Origin: Squalus acanthias
Taxonomy: Eukaryota
NCBI GenBank assembly: GCA_030390025.1
Contig: CM059432.1
Coordinates: forward strand, 153,204,001 to 153,268,000
Reading direction: 5' to 3'
Length of the DNA: 64,000 nucleotides
A model generated the notes under the pieces. It made no database searches, was not told where the DNA came from, and saw only the letters and a list, made by a program, of their open reading frames with translations. A program made the translations under genes and the position numbers. The number at the start of each line of letters is the position of its first letter. Position 1 is the first letter of the stretch. This document shows, piece by piece, positions 1 to 13,263 of the stretch.

Positions 1-845
1 AATTCATAGCTTCACTTCACCCTCACACACTTACCACTGCTACAACACTCACACTTACATCTCACACTTTGCACACACTGCCAGCTGTTCAACCATGGCA
101 GGCACATCACCCAAGCACACTGCACCACACTCACTGACACACTACCCTTTCTCTTGCAGGCCAAGGTGGCTCACAATCGCTGCGAGCAGCGGAAGGCATT
201 CAAGCTGCTTTACAGGCCTTGAGCCAACTGGAGGCGACAGTGTTCGATATCATTGGGGGGGTGGGGGGGAAGTCACTGAGGCCGTGGCAACGGGCGAAGT
301 TGAAGCCCTTGGGGACAATAATGGTCATCCTTTTCTTCTCACATCCCACTTCCTCCTCATCTCACAATTTCTTCTCACTTACAAGCTGCTGATGGTGTAT
401 GCATGGATATCTTGCTTTCCCCCCTGCCACCTCACCATAACCCGACTCGTGCCATTCTGCTTTCAGATGACCCGCACAGCCTGTCCCCAAAGTAATGGAG
501 GAGAGTGGAGATGAAGAAGAAGGCACAGAGTCACTGCATCTGACACTCGCAGACACCAGGTCAGAAACTGGCACTGCGCGGAATGTAGAAGGTAGTATAG
601 ATGCGAGATCTGCACATGGTGAGGCTCTGGGCATGAGTGGGCTGCAGCAAAGCCAGGGGGAAAGGGAAGCCCAGGGGCCAGCTCCTGGGAGGGTGAGTTT
701 GCGCACGGGTTCTGCTGCACAGGACTCAGGTGATGACCTCGATGGGGCGGCCTTCAGAAGAAGGGTGATGGGCATGCACACCGAATTGCTAGGTGCAATG
801 GCAGGCCTGCCAGAGAGCCTCTTGTCAGTGTCAAAGAGCACGCCA
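1..845 (+). mobile_element. PIF/Harbinger remnant: exons 2-3 of the Myb/SANT-like accessory gene
   Basis: Exon after gcag at ~160 reads AKVAHN (compare EKRAHN at 28786). ORF 495..854 (GAAFRRRVMGMHTELLGAMAGLPESLLSVSKS) is clearly similar to ORF 54342..54776 (GAAYGRSLMGTHNELLAALAGLPESLLSLSRC) inside the Harbinger at 51873-55444. Confidence 0.75.
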
Positions 846-959
846 ATATATTGACATTCACATCAATAATCATGTCAATAACTGAGAAAGAAAGACAGTT
901 TTGAGGAAGAAGAAGGATAACAAATAAACCAACTCCTTGCATCTTAAATAAATACTGCA

Positions 960-1085
960 AATCTGCTTTGGGAGGTAGAGCAAAAAAAAAATTCTTACAA
1001 TAGTGACGATACTTCAAAAGTACTTAATTGGCTGTAAATTGGGAAGTCCTGAGGTCGTGAAAGGTGCGCGATAAATGCATGTTCT
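960..1085 (+). mobile_element. 3' part of a Deu-domain SINE (L2-type tail)
   Basis: acttcaaaagtacttaattggctgtaaa...gtcctgaggtcgtgaaaggtgc...ataaatgca matches the tails of the fuller copies at 7930 and 18458. Confidence 0.7.
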
Positions 1086-1135
1086 TTCTCTTTTTCTTTC
1101 TTTCATTCTCTTTCTTTCTTTCTTTCTTTCTCTCA
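1085..1135. repeat. (TTTC)n-like microsatellite
   Basis: Imperfect tttc/ttct run directly after the SINE tail. Confidence 0.8.
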
Positions 1136-1299
1136 GACTTCAGTACTGTGTTGCAGATGTAGCATTCTGAAGACAAGAGCTGGTACATCACAAACGGCAC
1201 CTCACATTACTACTTAAGACACGCCACCAGGCGGAAAAATTTTCCTCAGCAGTTCATGCCGAAAAAAACCAATAAAAAAAATAATCTTCAACTCAGGGA

Positions 1300-2050
1300 T
1301 ATGGGAATAAATCATGAGTTTGAGCAATCGCTGTACAGTTAGATTCAATCGCATCATAAAGATTACCGCCAAGAACAACAATGCAAGTGTACCAGACTTT
1401 AGAAGAACAAAAGGCAGGATATGGGGAGAGTGCTGCAGAGGATTAAGTGGGAAACAGTGCTATAAAAATAATAAGAAAAACAGAATTCCTTCAAGGGATG
1501 TGGGAATGAAGTTTCCCTGTGAGAAAATGGTAAGACCAAGACATAGTCAATGAATAAGGAGGTCACAAAACTTAGCGGCTAAGGAAAATTATTTTAACAG
1601 ATGTAGGGAAACTAAAAGTAGTGAGGCGTAGAAGTCATACAAAGGTTAATTGAGGATAACCACACTGGTATTAGGAGAGGTAAGAGGGCAGTAGAAAAGC
1701 AGATGATAGATAGCAGTCAGAAGGAGCCAAAGAAAATGTTTGGCTATGCAAAAAGTAGATGGAGTGTTAAAGAACAGGCAGGTCTTTTAAGGGACAAGTT
1801 GGAGAGAGATATTTTTGGGGAATCAGGAAATGGCAGATGTGTTGAAATAATTCTTCCCATCAGTCTTCACATTCCAAATCCAGCCAAATTGGCTTGGGAA
1901 TCGGTAGCTTTTGTTGAATTGGTAAGCCGCACGTTATAAAGAAACGTAAAGAAATAAATGTGGCAACGGCACATGGACTGGATGAGATAGGCCCGTGAAT
2001 ATGAAAGGAAATAAGCAACAAAAAGAAAATGGCCAGTGATTTAGCTAATA
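1300..2050 (+). mobile_element. Old, degenerate CR1 ORF2 fragment
   Basis: A-rich sense strand with remnants such as caggaaatggcagatgtgttgaa and ggactggatgagataggccc, resembling the CR1 inter-domain region at 26500-27000 and 34900-35100. Confidence 0.5.
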
Positions 2051-2469
2051 TGTGTGTTCTTTAAAGAAAATGGTCAAAATTTGGTGATGTATTGTGCTCA
2101 TAGTGTATTATAGACTTTATAGGATGGGGGCTTCCAGCTCATCAGCCATATCAGTGCTAGTTCCTCACCTACAGCTGTCTACCCTCACTCAACATCAGTG
2201 CTTAGGGCTGCAAACTTTCTATTTTGCAGCCCGAAGAGCTGATTTTATAAATTTGCAGTCTCGATAGCGGCTTGCCCATTGGGAATGCACATCAGGAAAT
2301 TGCGGGCATGCTCTCCATGATAATCCATCCAGTAACCCTGGGCACCATGTTCAACCATCAGCACAAAATCCCACATCGAGTCCATCGCCAAAAAGCACAC
2401 ATATCTGCACCTTTGCAATGTCGCCCACTTCTGTCAATATCTCACCCAGACCACTGCAGGAAACAATTA

Positions 2470-2833
2470 CAGGAAACTCTTTATTAACTGGCACCGACAG
2501 GACCGGCGTGGTGCCGGTTAATCAAAAAGTCCGGATAATGGAGAGTTATATCTCCCAACGTACGAGAGCCCCGTACACATTGACATGCGCCTGCATTCGG
2601 AGCTCCGTCTCCCCGGGGACCGCCAGCTGACCATCTGTCGTGTCCGCTGCCTACCCGGGCTGCACATTCCCCTCCCAATCTACACGCTCCGATACAAGGC
2701 AAATGCCTTGGGGTTTTTTTTAAAGTTAATTTTAAACGAGAGATGAAGGAAAACCCCAGTTACCTACTCAAGAATTTTGCCGGTTAAGAGAGATTTCCGG
2801 ATATTTGGGTGCCGGTTAATAAAGAGTTTCCTG
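2470..2833. mobile_element. Tc1/mariner (pogo/Tigger-like) MITE, 364 bp
   Basis: 25-bp TIR CAGGAAACTCTTTATTAAC(T/C)GGCAC with one mismatch; TA on both sides (2468-2469, 2834-2835). Confidence 0.85.
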
Positions 2834-3578
2834 TAGTTGGTTTATTTGAAACACGTCCAAAGGAGGAGCCATATCATTCAATTCAAATACAAACACATTT
2901 TGGGATTGGTTGAAATATGTGCTTGATTGGCAGCTTTCTTTTTTAATTTAGCAGACTATACTTCAAATTCGGTCAGGCCTGGTCACTTTTCTGAAGGTAT
3001 TTATCAGCCTATCTTTTTCGAATCTGAGTTTGTTTGTAGCCTTTGAAAAGAGAGAATCAGGCCACATAGCTTCTATGGATGGTGAAAAAAGGAAATTAAT
3101 TTCTATGTAAAATTATAGGGTAGATTTACCAAGTCATTACATGTGGTGCAGTACCTTGCACATCATGAGCATGTGTTTATTTCAACGGATAGGCCCATGA
3201 TTTTCCAATGGGTGCTCACAGAATTCCCTTACCTCTTTGGCCACACCTTGGGGTCACTTCCCTACCTCCTCACCTAAAACCTGCTTAGTATCCAAATGTT
3301 TCCATCTAGTGACGTGCCTTAGGATGTTTCACTACATTAAATTGGTAATTCCGTGATCCCAAGCACTTAGTAGTGCCGCGCTTGCAGGGAATACGTGTCA
3401 GAGAATCAGGCTACAATGTTATGGCCCTCTCCCTGACCTGTAGCTTGCCTGTCAGGAGCTCTACAGAAGCATAAGTTGTTTTAGCTTCTGTGCTTGAGAC
3501 TAGTCTTGATTCAGTCTGACAGCATTGACAGAATCTGAACCAACTAATAAGGTATGGCAGATGGATTTTAATTTATGT

Positions 3579-4445
3579 CTTCTTCTTCTTAGGCAGTCCC
3601 TCGGAACCGAGGATGACATGCTTCCACATTAAAAATGAGTTCGCAGGTGACTGATGAGTCCATTGCGGGACCAACAGTCTCTGTCACAGGTGGGGCAGAC
3701 GGTGGTTGAAGGGGCGGGTGGGTGGGGTGCTTGGGTTGACGTGTGCTCCTTGCGCTCCTTGCACTTGGCTTCCGCTTGCTCCCGACGAAGAGACTCGAGG
3801 TGTTCGGCGCCTTCCCGGATGCTTCTCCTCCACTTTGTGCGGTCTTGGGCCAGGGATTCCCAGGTGTCAGTGGGGATGTTACACTTTTTCAAGGAGGCTT
3901 TGAGGGTGTCCTTGAAGCGTTTCCTCTGCCCACCTGGGGCTCTCTTGCCGTGTCGGTGCTCCGAGTAGAGCGCTTGTTTTGAGAGTCTTGTATCGGGCAT
4001 GCGGACGATGTGACCCATCCATCGGAGCTGATCGAGCATGGTCAAAGCTTCGATGCTGGGGATGTTGGCCTGAGCGAGAACACTTATGTTGGTACGCCTA
4101 TCCTGCCAATAGATTTGCAGGATCTTGCAGAGGCAGCGTTGGTGGTACCTCTCCAGTGCTTTGAGGTGCCTGCTGTACATGGTCCATGTCTCTGAGGCAT
4201 ACAGGAGGGTGGGTATCACTACTGCTCTGTAGACCATGAGCTTGGTGCCGGGTTTGAGGTCCTGGTCTTCAAACACTCACTTCCTCAGGCGACCGAAGGC
4301 TGCACTGGCACACTGAAGGCGGTGTTGGACTTCGTCATCGACGTCTGCCCTTGTTGACAGTAGGCTCCCGAGGTATGGAAAGTGGTCCACGTTGTCCAAG
4401 GCCTTGTCGTGGATTTTGATAATTGGGGGGCAGTACTGTGTGGTG
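3579..4445 (-). mobile_element. 5'-truncated RTE-clade LINE
   Basis: ORF 3629..4276 (LLYASETW...LRWMGHIVRMPDTR...C-terminal CPTC...HLRTH finger) is typical of the RTE ORF C-terminus. (AAG)n tail. 12-bp TSD TTTAATTTATGT at 3567-3578 and 4446-4457. Confidence 0.92.
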
Positions 4446-4486
4446 TTTAATTTATGTATACATAATGTTTCATTATTGAAAACATG

Positions 4487-5319
4487 GGGCTAGATTTTCA
4501 ATGACCCGTGGAGTCGGGTTTGGAGGCGTGTGGGGGGTTAAAGTTGCAGATTCGGGGGTCCCGACCCCATCCTGACTCCATGCCAGTTTCGCTGGCGGCG
4601 GGTACCCGACCTGTGCTGAGACCCGACTCCCCGAGGCGGGAAGGGATTAGTGACAGTTAACTGCCTGTTAACAGGTAGTTAACAGGCAGTTTTTTGCATA
4701 ATCCCTATTTTGACAGGTGAAATGTAGGCTTCCCGACAGGTGGCAACCACGCCAAGTTATCGGGGCGGACCGTGGGTCTGCAGGGGTTGGAGGGGTCGAT
4801 ATGTCTGGTGGGCAGGTGAGTGATGGGTGCATGTGTGCAGAGGTAAGTGTGTAAGGTAAGTGCTAAGTGTTGGAAAAAGTTTTACTTACCTTAACTTCCT
4901 CCTGCAGGTGTCAGCCCTTCAGTTCTCGGGAGTCAGAAATCTCACCGGCACAGAAAGCAGGAAAGCCGTGGTTCTGTCAAAAACTGCAGCCTTCTGTTTT
5001 CTGTGGTGGAATGATTTCTAATTCAGCCTGAGAGGAAGGACTGAAGTTAGAAATCATATTGTCAGTGTTTGACAGCTTCACAGAGCTGTCAAACGCTGAT
5101 ATTTCATCTGTCAAAAGCTCTTGACAGATGAAATGTCAATCTGTGATGTCACCTGTTGCCGGGTGGCCCTTAATTGGCCTGCTGAGCCCACTGGGCGGGC
5201 TCAACAAGGTCAATCAAGGGAAGATACAGTGGGTTGGCCACATCTCGATGGAGGCGGGTTCACAAGCCAGAATGTGTGATTCCCGACCCCAACCCGACCC
5301 CAGGTTCAAAATCCAACCC
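4487..5319. mobile_element. Non-autonomous Harbinger element (MITE)
   Basis: Termini GGGCTAGATTTT / AAAATCCAACCC; ATG TSD at 4484-4486 and 5320-5322; interior shares gctgtcaaac motifs with the elements at 27019 and 30742. Confidence 0.8.
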
Positions 5320-5321
5320 AT

Positions 5322-5650
5322 GGAGTTTAGAAGAATGAGAGGTGATCTCATTGAAACATACAAAATTCTTACAGGGTAGATGCAGGGAGGATGTTTCCCC
5401 TGGCTGGGGAGTCACTCAGAAGGTGGTGAATCTTTGCAATTCTCTACCCCAGAGGGTTGTGGAGGCTCAGTCGATGAGTATATTCAAGACAGAGAGCGAT
5501 AGATTTTTGGATATTAAGGGAATCAAGGGATATGGGGATAGTGCAGGAAAGTGGAGTTGAGGTCGATGATCAGCCATGATCTTATTGAATGGTGGAGCAG
5601 GCCCGAGGGGCCGAATGGCCGACTCCTGCTCCTATTTCTTTTGTTCTGAT
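5322..5650 (+). mobile_element. CR1 LINE 3' end
   Basis: EFRRMRGDLIETYKILTG...KGIKGYG plus the 3' UTR gatcagccatgat...ggccgaatggccgactcctgctcct. Confidence 0.9.
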
Positions 5651-6289
5651 GAACCATGCAGATGATGAATGAGCTTCCATTGACGAGCTGGGAAAGGAAG
5701 AGGATTTTGGTTGCACTCCTGCTCCTCCTGGTCGCACAAAAATCTTTAAAAAAAAATACTGACCTTTTTGGAGAGGCCTCTAGTGGTCCCTTTAAGGATG
5801 GCCGTGTAGGCCTCTCAACACCTGGAGAAATGGGACTGCATTGCGCTGTGCATGCTCCGACCACGGTTGCAATTAAAGTCCAACAATAGGCAGGATTTGC
5901 ATATTTAAACGGCCTCCCACCTGTTTTGGCCGAGAGGGCTGGGCGCCCATTTAAAATCCTGCCTGGAAGTTGATCCACGCGGGAAAATGGGAGCACAAGG
6001 CCCCCCACTAGATTTTCAACTGTAGTTGCCCGTTTTTTAGGTGAGAATCGGATGGCGGACAGTTGAAAGTCTCTCCCAAAGAGTCTATTACGTGTGTAGC
6101 AAAGTTTCACGTGCTAAAAACATCAAATTGATTTGTTTCCTTTATTTAATTAGCAACATTGTTCGTTTGTTTGATTTAAAAGGACATGTTTGCTCCACCA
6201 TATAGTTTTCCGTGATTGACCCGGTTATGAAAAGTACTCCTGTCTTCTTTTATACTGATCATTGTAATTGTGAGACTGGATTTAATTCT

Positions 6290-7172
6290 ATTTTAAAATT
6301 CTCATCCTCGTGTTCAAATCCCACCATGGCCTTGCCCCTCACAATCTCTGTAACCTCCTCCAGCCCTACAAAAACTCTGCCATCCTCCAATTCTGGCCTC
6401 TTGTGCTCCACCAGACCTGTTTTCAGGTGGCCATTAACAGGTCCGGGCAGCGGGCGGTCGAGGGGGTCGTTCGGCCCGACTGCCTGCTCTCTTCTGCGGC
6501 CACGTTCGCGCCCGGGTGTCCGTGGAGATGGAGCACGCGGTGTCTGCCGGCACGCTCGAGGCCTTCCACGACCGGTGGGCACCGGAGGGACTGGAGTGCA
6601 TCATCACCCCGGGAAATAGAATTTTGATTTAATTTGTTAAGTTTCCTTTTAAGTTTGGTTAAGTTACAGTTTTTATTGGTTGTGCCATTTAAAGAAGGGG
6701 GCCCATGCTTACCTCGAAATTGGTGATGGCAGCGGCCATCAACCAGCGCAATTACAAGAGTGAGCAGTTGTAAATTGGGTGTGACTCGAAAAGGTGTGAG
6801 CTGTGGCTGCTGAGAGAAGTCTCGGTCGCTGTGAGAGGAAGAGGTGTGTCGCTGCTGAGGAGACCGGAGAGAGGAGAAACAGGTGGCCAGCAGTTGAAAG
6901 TCTTCGCCCATTGACATAAATTATTGGAGGAAACCGCTCCATAAGATTGAATGCAGATTAAGCTCTGGAATTCCCATCCCAAATCTCTCAGCCTCTCGAC
7001 CTCACTCTTCTCCTTAAAACCCACCTCTTTGACCAACCTTATGGTCACCTGTCCTAATATCTCCTTATGTGGCTCGATGTCAAATTTTGTCTGATAACGC
7101 TCCTGTGAAACGCCTTGGGAGGTTTTACTATGATAAAGCTGCTATATAAATGTAAGCTGTTGCTGTTGTTGT
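6290..7172 (+). mobile_element. L2 LINE 3' end, interrupted at ~6412-6960 by unrelated sequence
   Basis: tttaaaattctcatcctcgtgttcaaatcc...; resumes aagctctggaattccc...gctatataaatgtaag(ttg)n. Reverse complement of the L2 copies at 13590 and 22445. Confidence 0.8.
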
Positions 7173-7659
7173 TGTTTAAATTAACGGAGTATGATATTCT
7201 AAGCTACTTTTTACTAACATAAAATAAGCCCTTTACCTAAACAACTAACATTCTAACTCGTGAACCAAGTAGCATATTTTATAGAATGAAATGTCCTTTC
7301 AGTTTTATTGTCAAGTTTATGTTGCTCTTTGAGTGATGTTATTGCTTATACCTCACCTCATGTTAAAAGGAAAGATCATTTAACTTTCCAAAATAATTGA
7401 GAGCTGGGAATCGGAATCATTGAATGCTGAGTGTGAAAAAGTAACTGATTTGTCCAATAAATAAAGTCACAATCACACTGTCTGCCTATTTATTTGCCTG
7501 CACTAGGTCATAGTTCAGCCAAGATCTCACTGAATGGCGGAACAGGCTCGAGGGGTTAAATGGCCTACTCCTGGTCCTATGCAACAGTAAGCTTTACAGG
7601 AGGATGCAACAGGGTCTTAGCTTCTGAGTTTATTGAAAGACATTGCCACATTTCATTGG

Positions 7660-7865
7660 ATGTTACAGCACAGAAAGAGGTCATTTGGCCCATCGTGCCT
7701 GTGCTGGCTCTTTGAAAGAGCTCTCCAATTAGTTCCACTCCCCTGCTCTTTCCCCATAGCCCTGCACAATTATTCCTTTTCAAGTATTTATCCAATTCCT
7801 TTTTGAAAGTTACTGTTGAATCTGCTTCCACCGCCCTTTCAGGCAGCGCATTCCAGATCACAACA
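7660..7865 (-). mobile_element. CR1 LINE 3' end (second subfamily)
   Basis: ORF 7577..7861 IWNALPERAVEADS...FKKELDKYLK. Confidence 0.8.
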
Positions 7866-7929
7866 AATTTAAGAAGTTTCCTTTCAGAAATTGATGTGTG
7901 TGTGTGAGTGCGGCACAGTGTAGCTTAGT

Positions 7930-8335
7930 GTCAGCTGTGGCTCAGTGTTAGCACTCTCACCTCTGAGTCAGAAGGTTGGGGGTTCATAGTCCCACTTCAG
8001 AGACTTGACCACAAATAATCTAGGCTGGCATTCCAGTGCAGTATTGAGAGAGTGTCTTTCAGATTAACAACATTTAACCGAGGCCCTGTCTGCCCTCTTA
8101 GGTGGACGTTAAAGATTCCACGGCACTATTTCAAAGAAGAGCAGATGAGTTCTCCCCAGTGTCCTGGCCATTTATCCCTCAACCAACATCACTAAAAAAC
8201 AAATTATCTGTTGTGTTTCCCACATTACAACTGTGACTACACTTCAGAAGTACTTCATTGGCTGTAAAGTGCTTTGGGATGTCCTGAGGTTGTGAAAGGA
8301 GTTAGGTAAATAGGTAAATTTAAGTCTTTCTCTTT
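7930..8335 (+). mobile_element. tRNA-derived Deu-domain SINE (SacSINE1-like)
   Basis: Head with A box tggctcagtg and B-box-like ggttcatagtccc; core ttaaccgaggccctgtctgccctc...aggtggacg..aaagat...gaagagcag; L2-type tail gctttgggatgtcctgaggttgtgaaagg. Family assigned from recalled consensus. Confidence 0.8.
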
Positions 8336-9019
8336 TCTATTTACTTGCCTCAAAGTTTTGCGGAGAGTATCCAGTGCCAGAACCTGCACAATGAATTGTC
8401 AAGTAGATGGAAAAGATGGGGTACTTTTATAGTCAGTGCGACTGTACATAAGGATAGTTGGTGAACAATCATTCTCAGCTGCTGGTAAGTTTACCTTTCC
8501 TAGCCTGTTGTGATATATCTTAATTATTCCTTTTGTGCCTCACTTCTAGTAATGTACTGACTAAATTCAGATTAACAATACTCTTATGTGAAACTATTCA
8601 GGCAAACAGTTGATGTCTGCATCCTTGGAAAGATATTTTCTGCCAATATAGGATAATTTGTTGCCACCCCCATATATAGCACTGTGAAGTAATTGGTAGT
8701 CATACCCGTATATAGCCGCATTACATAACTGACAATGTCCTCAATGCTTACCTTGGCCGCTTTCTTCAAATCAGACCCTTTCTTCTGCACATCCCTCCAA
8801 TCATGGCAGCTTATGGAATTGCATTAATCTCCCAACTTTGCTGGACACTGCTCAACAGTGGGTGGTCCTTCTAACCCATACAGATGAATTTTCCTTTCCC
8901 TGACAACATTCAGAATAGTCTCAACGACCTCATCAGTAAAGAGGCCCTTTCTATCCCTTACTCCTCCCATTAATGCTTTAATTTGTGCAGTGGATAATGG
9001 GATTGATGCTATTTATTTA

Positions 9020-9440
9020 GCACTCTCTCCTGAATCAGAAGGTCGTAGATTTGAGTGTCACTCCAAGATTTGAGCACATAAGCTAAGGTGATGGTTCAGT
9101 GCAGTACTTAGGGAGCGCTGCATTGTCAGAGGAGGTTATTTTTTGATGAAACATTAAACCAAGGCCTGCTTGCTTGCTCAGGATGACACTATTCGAAGAA
9201 GACTAGAATAGGGTAGTTCTCCCAGTCTTCTGGCTAACACCTGTCCCTCAACTAATACCACCAAAAACAGATTAACTGGTTATTTCTCTCATTGCTGTTT
9301 GTGCGATCTTGCTGTGTGCAAACTGGTTACCATGTCTGCCTATAAAGCAACAGTAGCTGCGCTTCAAAAGTTATTAATTGACTGCAAAGTGCTTTGGGAC
9401 ATTCTGAGGATATGAAAATATATATATATATATATTTGCA
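9020..9440 (+). mobile_element. Deu-domain SINE copy (diverged) ending in (TA)n
   Basis: Same head, core and tail order as 7930-8335. Confidence 0.7.
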
Positions 9441-10372
9441 AATTATTTTTTAATAATTTAATGTACAGTGACCTTAGTACAAATTAAACCTCTTGTTTTT
9501 CTTCTGTTTATTCATCTGGATGTATGTACTAATTCAAAACTATTTGCCATAAAATATTAATCCTAAACAAATAAATGACGAATATACTGACATGAGAATT
9601 TGTTTAGAAACACAATAAAATAAACTTCCCAAATACTTTCATTTTAAAACAACTTAAAAACCATTTGATTTGATACGCAGAAAATGGAATTTGCAATACG
9701 TTCTTCCATATCAGAACTAGACAGCCTTAACTTTGTTGTGTTAATTTTACGTCATAAAGAAATATTTCAGTAAATTTTTCATGGCAGCGCTAATGATGAA
9801 CATGTCACCTCAAACAAACATCCACTATTCAAAAAATCACTGCAGCCAAACAAACACAGATACTGAGAGCTGCTTCAAGGAGAATGAGGAAATAACAGAA
9901 AAACCCAGGGACAAATGTGCTTTTAAAATGTTGCATTGAGCATTTGTTTGCTGTTCCCATATTGTGTATTATTCCTGTCCTTGATCTGGGGGCAAGCTCA
10001 GTGCTGAGGGAATGCCACAGATTGCAGGGGGCGGGATTACTGCGTGCAGTTTTCTCGAGAGCGCACAGCACCTTTGACCCCCCCACCATTGAATTGATTC
10101 TAGGAATGACATGGGTGACTTTTGTGATCTGGTATTTAATATCTGGACAGCTTCCAAGCCCAGACTCTTTTTTGAAGGAATGCACATTTTTTAGGTGCAG
10201 TGCCTGTCTTTTTAAAGTTACTTCAATAGCCACTGTCAAAGCTGACTATGAAACTATACTTGAACTCCGTATACAGTTCCAGCATTGAAACTCAACATGA
10301 ATTCCTTCAAGGTTCTTCATCCGACTTTAAAATATTTGTATTAAAGAAAGCCACATGAAACAGATAGAAATG

Positions 10373-11111
10373 TTTATTCCGACAATATCTGTTAGCTTTT
10401 CCAAACTAATGATATGTAAACAATTTACATACTGTAGTGCAGATAATTGATTCCAGTAAGAAATGTGGGATACAATGACAGTTTTATCAGTAAACGTTCA
10501 ACACTGTGCAGCAGTACAAAGATCAACCTCTTAAAAAATTCTCATCAATCGCTTTTGTTTGCATTACAATAATAGAAAAGATTTGTCATTAAAAAAATTT
10601 AATTTTGCTGAATTGCACTGGACTGTGCAATTTTAAGAGCAGCTTTTAGCAGCAGGGTTCTGGCAGATCCACAGTGGCCTTGGATTTATTATCACCTACA
10701 TTTTGTGTCTCAGCTACAAGTCAGACAATGTTGTTGGCTTGTGAAAGTCAACTTTCCATTCAGTAAAAGTGGGTGAATTTCCACAAAGTCAAACAGTACA
10801 GTATTCATACACTCTATATAGTTAATGGACATCTGGTTCAAGATTTCTGAACAACCATTTTGAATTTCATTAGACAAGGTCTGCGACTAACTGTATTTTA
10901 CCATACAGTGATTATATCTATCATTTATTTTCATTAACCATTCTGCATTTCACTATATTAAGGCTAACAGTGCTGATTTGCCTTGCAACAACCCGAAGTG
11001 ATGTTTACCTTAATTCATTTGTGCATGTGCAATTATAAATGGTCTTGTCTGAACTGTGAAGGTAGCTGATCTTAGAAAGGTCAAAAAAGCTTGTGTAAGA
11101 GAGATTAGCCT
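10373..11111 (-). other. Probable SUGCT 3' UTR with candidate AATAAA signals
   Basis: Repeat-free AT-rich stretch after the stop codon. Minus-strand AATAAA at 10924-10929, 10685-10690 and 10373-10378. The true 3' end is unknown. Confidence 0.5.
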
Positions 11112-11275
11112 TTAGTGCAGTGTGTGCTGGTTGACTGTTCCAGCTGCGAGCAATTCATTGATATAGCTCTCACTATAACCCAGCATAGTCTTCAGTACCT
11201 CAACTGTGTGCTGGCCAATCAGAGGCGGTGGCTTTGGATTTGCTACCTTGAAGTCACTGAACCTGACAGCAGGAC
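11112..11275 (-). CDS. SUGCT: Last coding exon of succinyl-CoA:glutarate CoA-transferase (CoA-transferase family III)
   Basis: (G)PAVRFSDFKVANPKPPPLIGQHTVEVLKTMLGYSESYINELLAAGTVNQHTLH* closely matches the vertebrate SUGCT C-terminus as I recall it (GPAVRYSKFK...PPPLLGQHT...). Acceptor tttcacAG at 11277-11276 (phase 1); TAA at 11114-11112. Confidence 0.92.
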
Positions 11276-11804
11276 CTGTGAAATAATCAAGAGAGTTCGG
11301 TGTTACACGCAAGAAACTTAACTGTTGTGGCTCCAAGTCAACTTTTTAATTAATACATAAAATGTTAACACCAAATTAAAAGTAAACTTATATTTACTCT
11401 GAGGATGCTGTGAATTTAGAGGCACTCTATTGTTCTATAGAGCTTCTCTTAATTTGCTTTTTTTCCCCCTTTTGTTTCAGCTGTTTCTGGCCAGAAGTGA
11501 ATGCCTACTGGTTTATAATAATGCAAAGAAAATAATATTTCTATCCCTACAAGGCCGATCCCATGATCGGTGCTCTCAGGAATCTCAGTTTGGAAAATTA
11601 ATGGACAGAAAATTATTGGCTGTATGACCATAATTTCCCAGCATTCAGTCTTTGCGAGTACAGCTTCTTACTGGAAGCATCCAATCGAGGAATCAGCCCT
11701 CATGTGAAAATCGTGCTGAACACATTTCGATCTTCCACCCATTTACAGATGGCAGCAAACAGCTGGTATATGTACTAAAGGCTGCACAGGCCATTTTTTT
11801 TGCT

Positions 11805-12242
11805 GCTAAGGGACCAAATTATGAGGACAGGTTGCGTAAACTTGGCTTGTATTCCCTTGAGTTTAGACGGTTGAGGGGTGATCTAATTGAGGTGTTTAAA
11901 ATAATAAAGGGATTCGATAGTGTAAACACAGTGAAGCTAGTTCCTCTGGTGGGGGAATCCAGAACAAGAGGGCACAATCTTAAAATTAGAGTTAGGCCAT
12001 TCAAAAATGAAATCAGAAAGCACTTTTTCACACAAAGGGTAGAGGAAACCTGGAACTTACGCCCCCCAAAAGGCTGTGGATGCTGAGTCAATTGAAATTG
12101 AGAATGACAGATTTTTGTTAGGTAAGGGTATCAAGGGATATGGAATAAAGATGGGTAAATGGAGTTGAGGTACAGATCAGCCATGATCTAATTGAATGGC
12201 AGAGCAGGCTCGAGGGGCTGAATGGCCTACACTGGTTCCTAT
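11805..12242 (+). mobile_element. CR1 LINE 3' end
   Basis: YEDRLRKLGLYSLEFRRLRGDLIEVFKI...RTRGHNLKI...FFTQRV, followed by the CR1 3' UTR. Confidence 0.9.
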
Positions 12243-12249
12243 ACATTAC

Positions 12250-13263
12250 TACATTGATCTCACTAAAGTAAAAACTGTCGTAAGCCACTCGACTCTATGG
12301 GAAAATAGCAAGGAGTATATTTGTAATGGAAGGGTGTTGTATGGACGTGAATAGACTGAAGACAATGCAGGAAGACAGATACTTAAAGAAATTGTAAACT
12401 ATGTAACCCTTGTAAATTTCAGGGAGTTGTAGGGATGCTTTATGGTGTTGGTGTGGGGTGGTGCCAACCTGGCGCATCATGTGGCAGCCAGGGTGTACAG
12501 CATCAAGTGAAGTAAATCTGGCCATGTGAGGCCATCCCTGGAGTCCCAGGCAGCAATGTGGTCGGGTGCTGATGCCCTCTGTCCTGTGCAGCATCAGGTG
12601 ATTGCGGTTGGTGTGGTTGTTGGTGCTGCTGGTGTGCCTGGTGATGCTGGTGTTGGGGCTGATCGTGGTCAGATTCTGAGGACCAAGGTGGGAGAGTATA
12701 AACCGTACCCATGCTGATGGAATAGATGGCAGGTGAACTTGAGATGACAGAAGCAATCTGTCAATGGTGAGAGAGGTTGTTCCAATGAGGTGACACTGGA
12801 TAGAGAATTTGCTCCAAACACTTGCAACCTGCATAAAGCTCAATCTGTCTTCCAAATGCTGTAAGCAACAGCTTCTAAGCTTGGATAGTGAAGAGCTGTG
12901 AGATGGGAGTTTTTATAGCACATTTCAAGCTGTCAAGTAATGAGATAATTCCATGGCCATTCAACTCCCGCCCAGCTTAACAAACGTGATCCCCGAGCAG
13001 TGTGGACCCTGTTGGCGAGCTGGTAAATTCTAAAGGTGAGCTCAAAGTTGTTGTTAATCCTCTGTTAACAAGGTCATAATGACCTGAATTGCCTCCCTCG
13101 CCACTGCCTGTCGGGTCTGCTCAGCGCTGACAGACCCGACATTTGGTAAAGGTGCGTGGCGGCGGGTTGACAGCGGGTTCCCGACCCCCTGTCAAAAAAA
13201 ATAACACTTTCCCACCCGACCCACCACCGGTCCCGCCCGCTGATCCCCCAGAAAATTCCCCCC
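12250..13263 (-). mobile_element. Harbinger fragment (one terminus plus the 5' region of the transposase gene)
   Basis: 12430-12800 is the reverse complement of 31780-32150 inside the Harbinger at 30742-34891. Terminus ...gaaaattcccccc at ~13263; other end not found. Confidence 0.7.

Noticed and set aside
7930..8000. tRNA gene-like A and B boxes (also at 18458 and 39582)
   Set aside because: They are SINE heads continuing into the Deu core and L2 tail; no complete cloverleaf.
11276..11336. N-terminal part of ORF 11112..11336 (MEPQQLSF...)
   Set aside because: It lies upstream of the splice acceptor and is intronic read-through.
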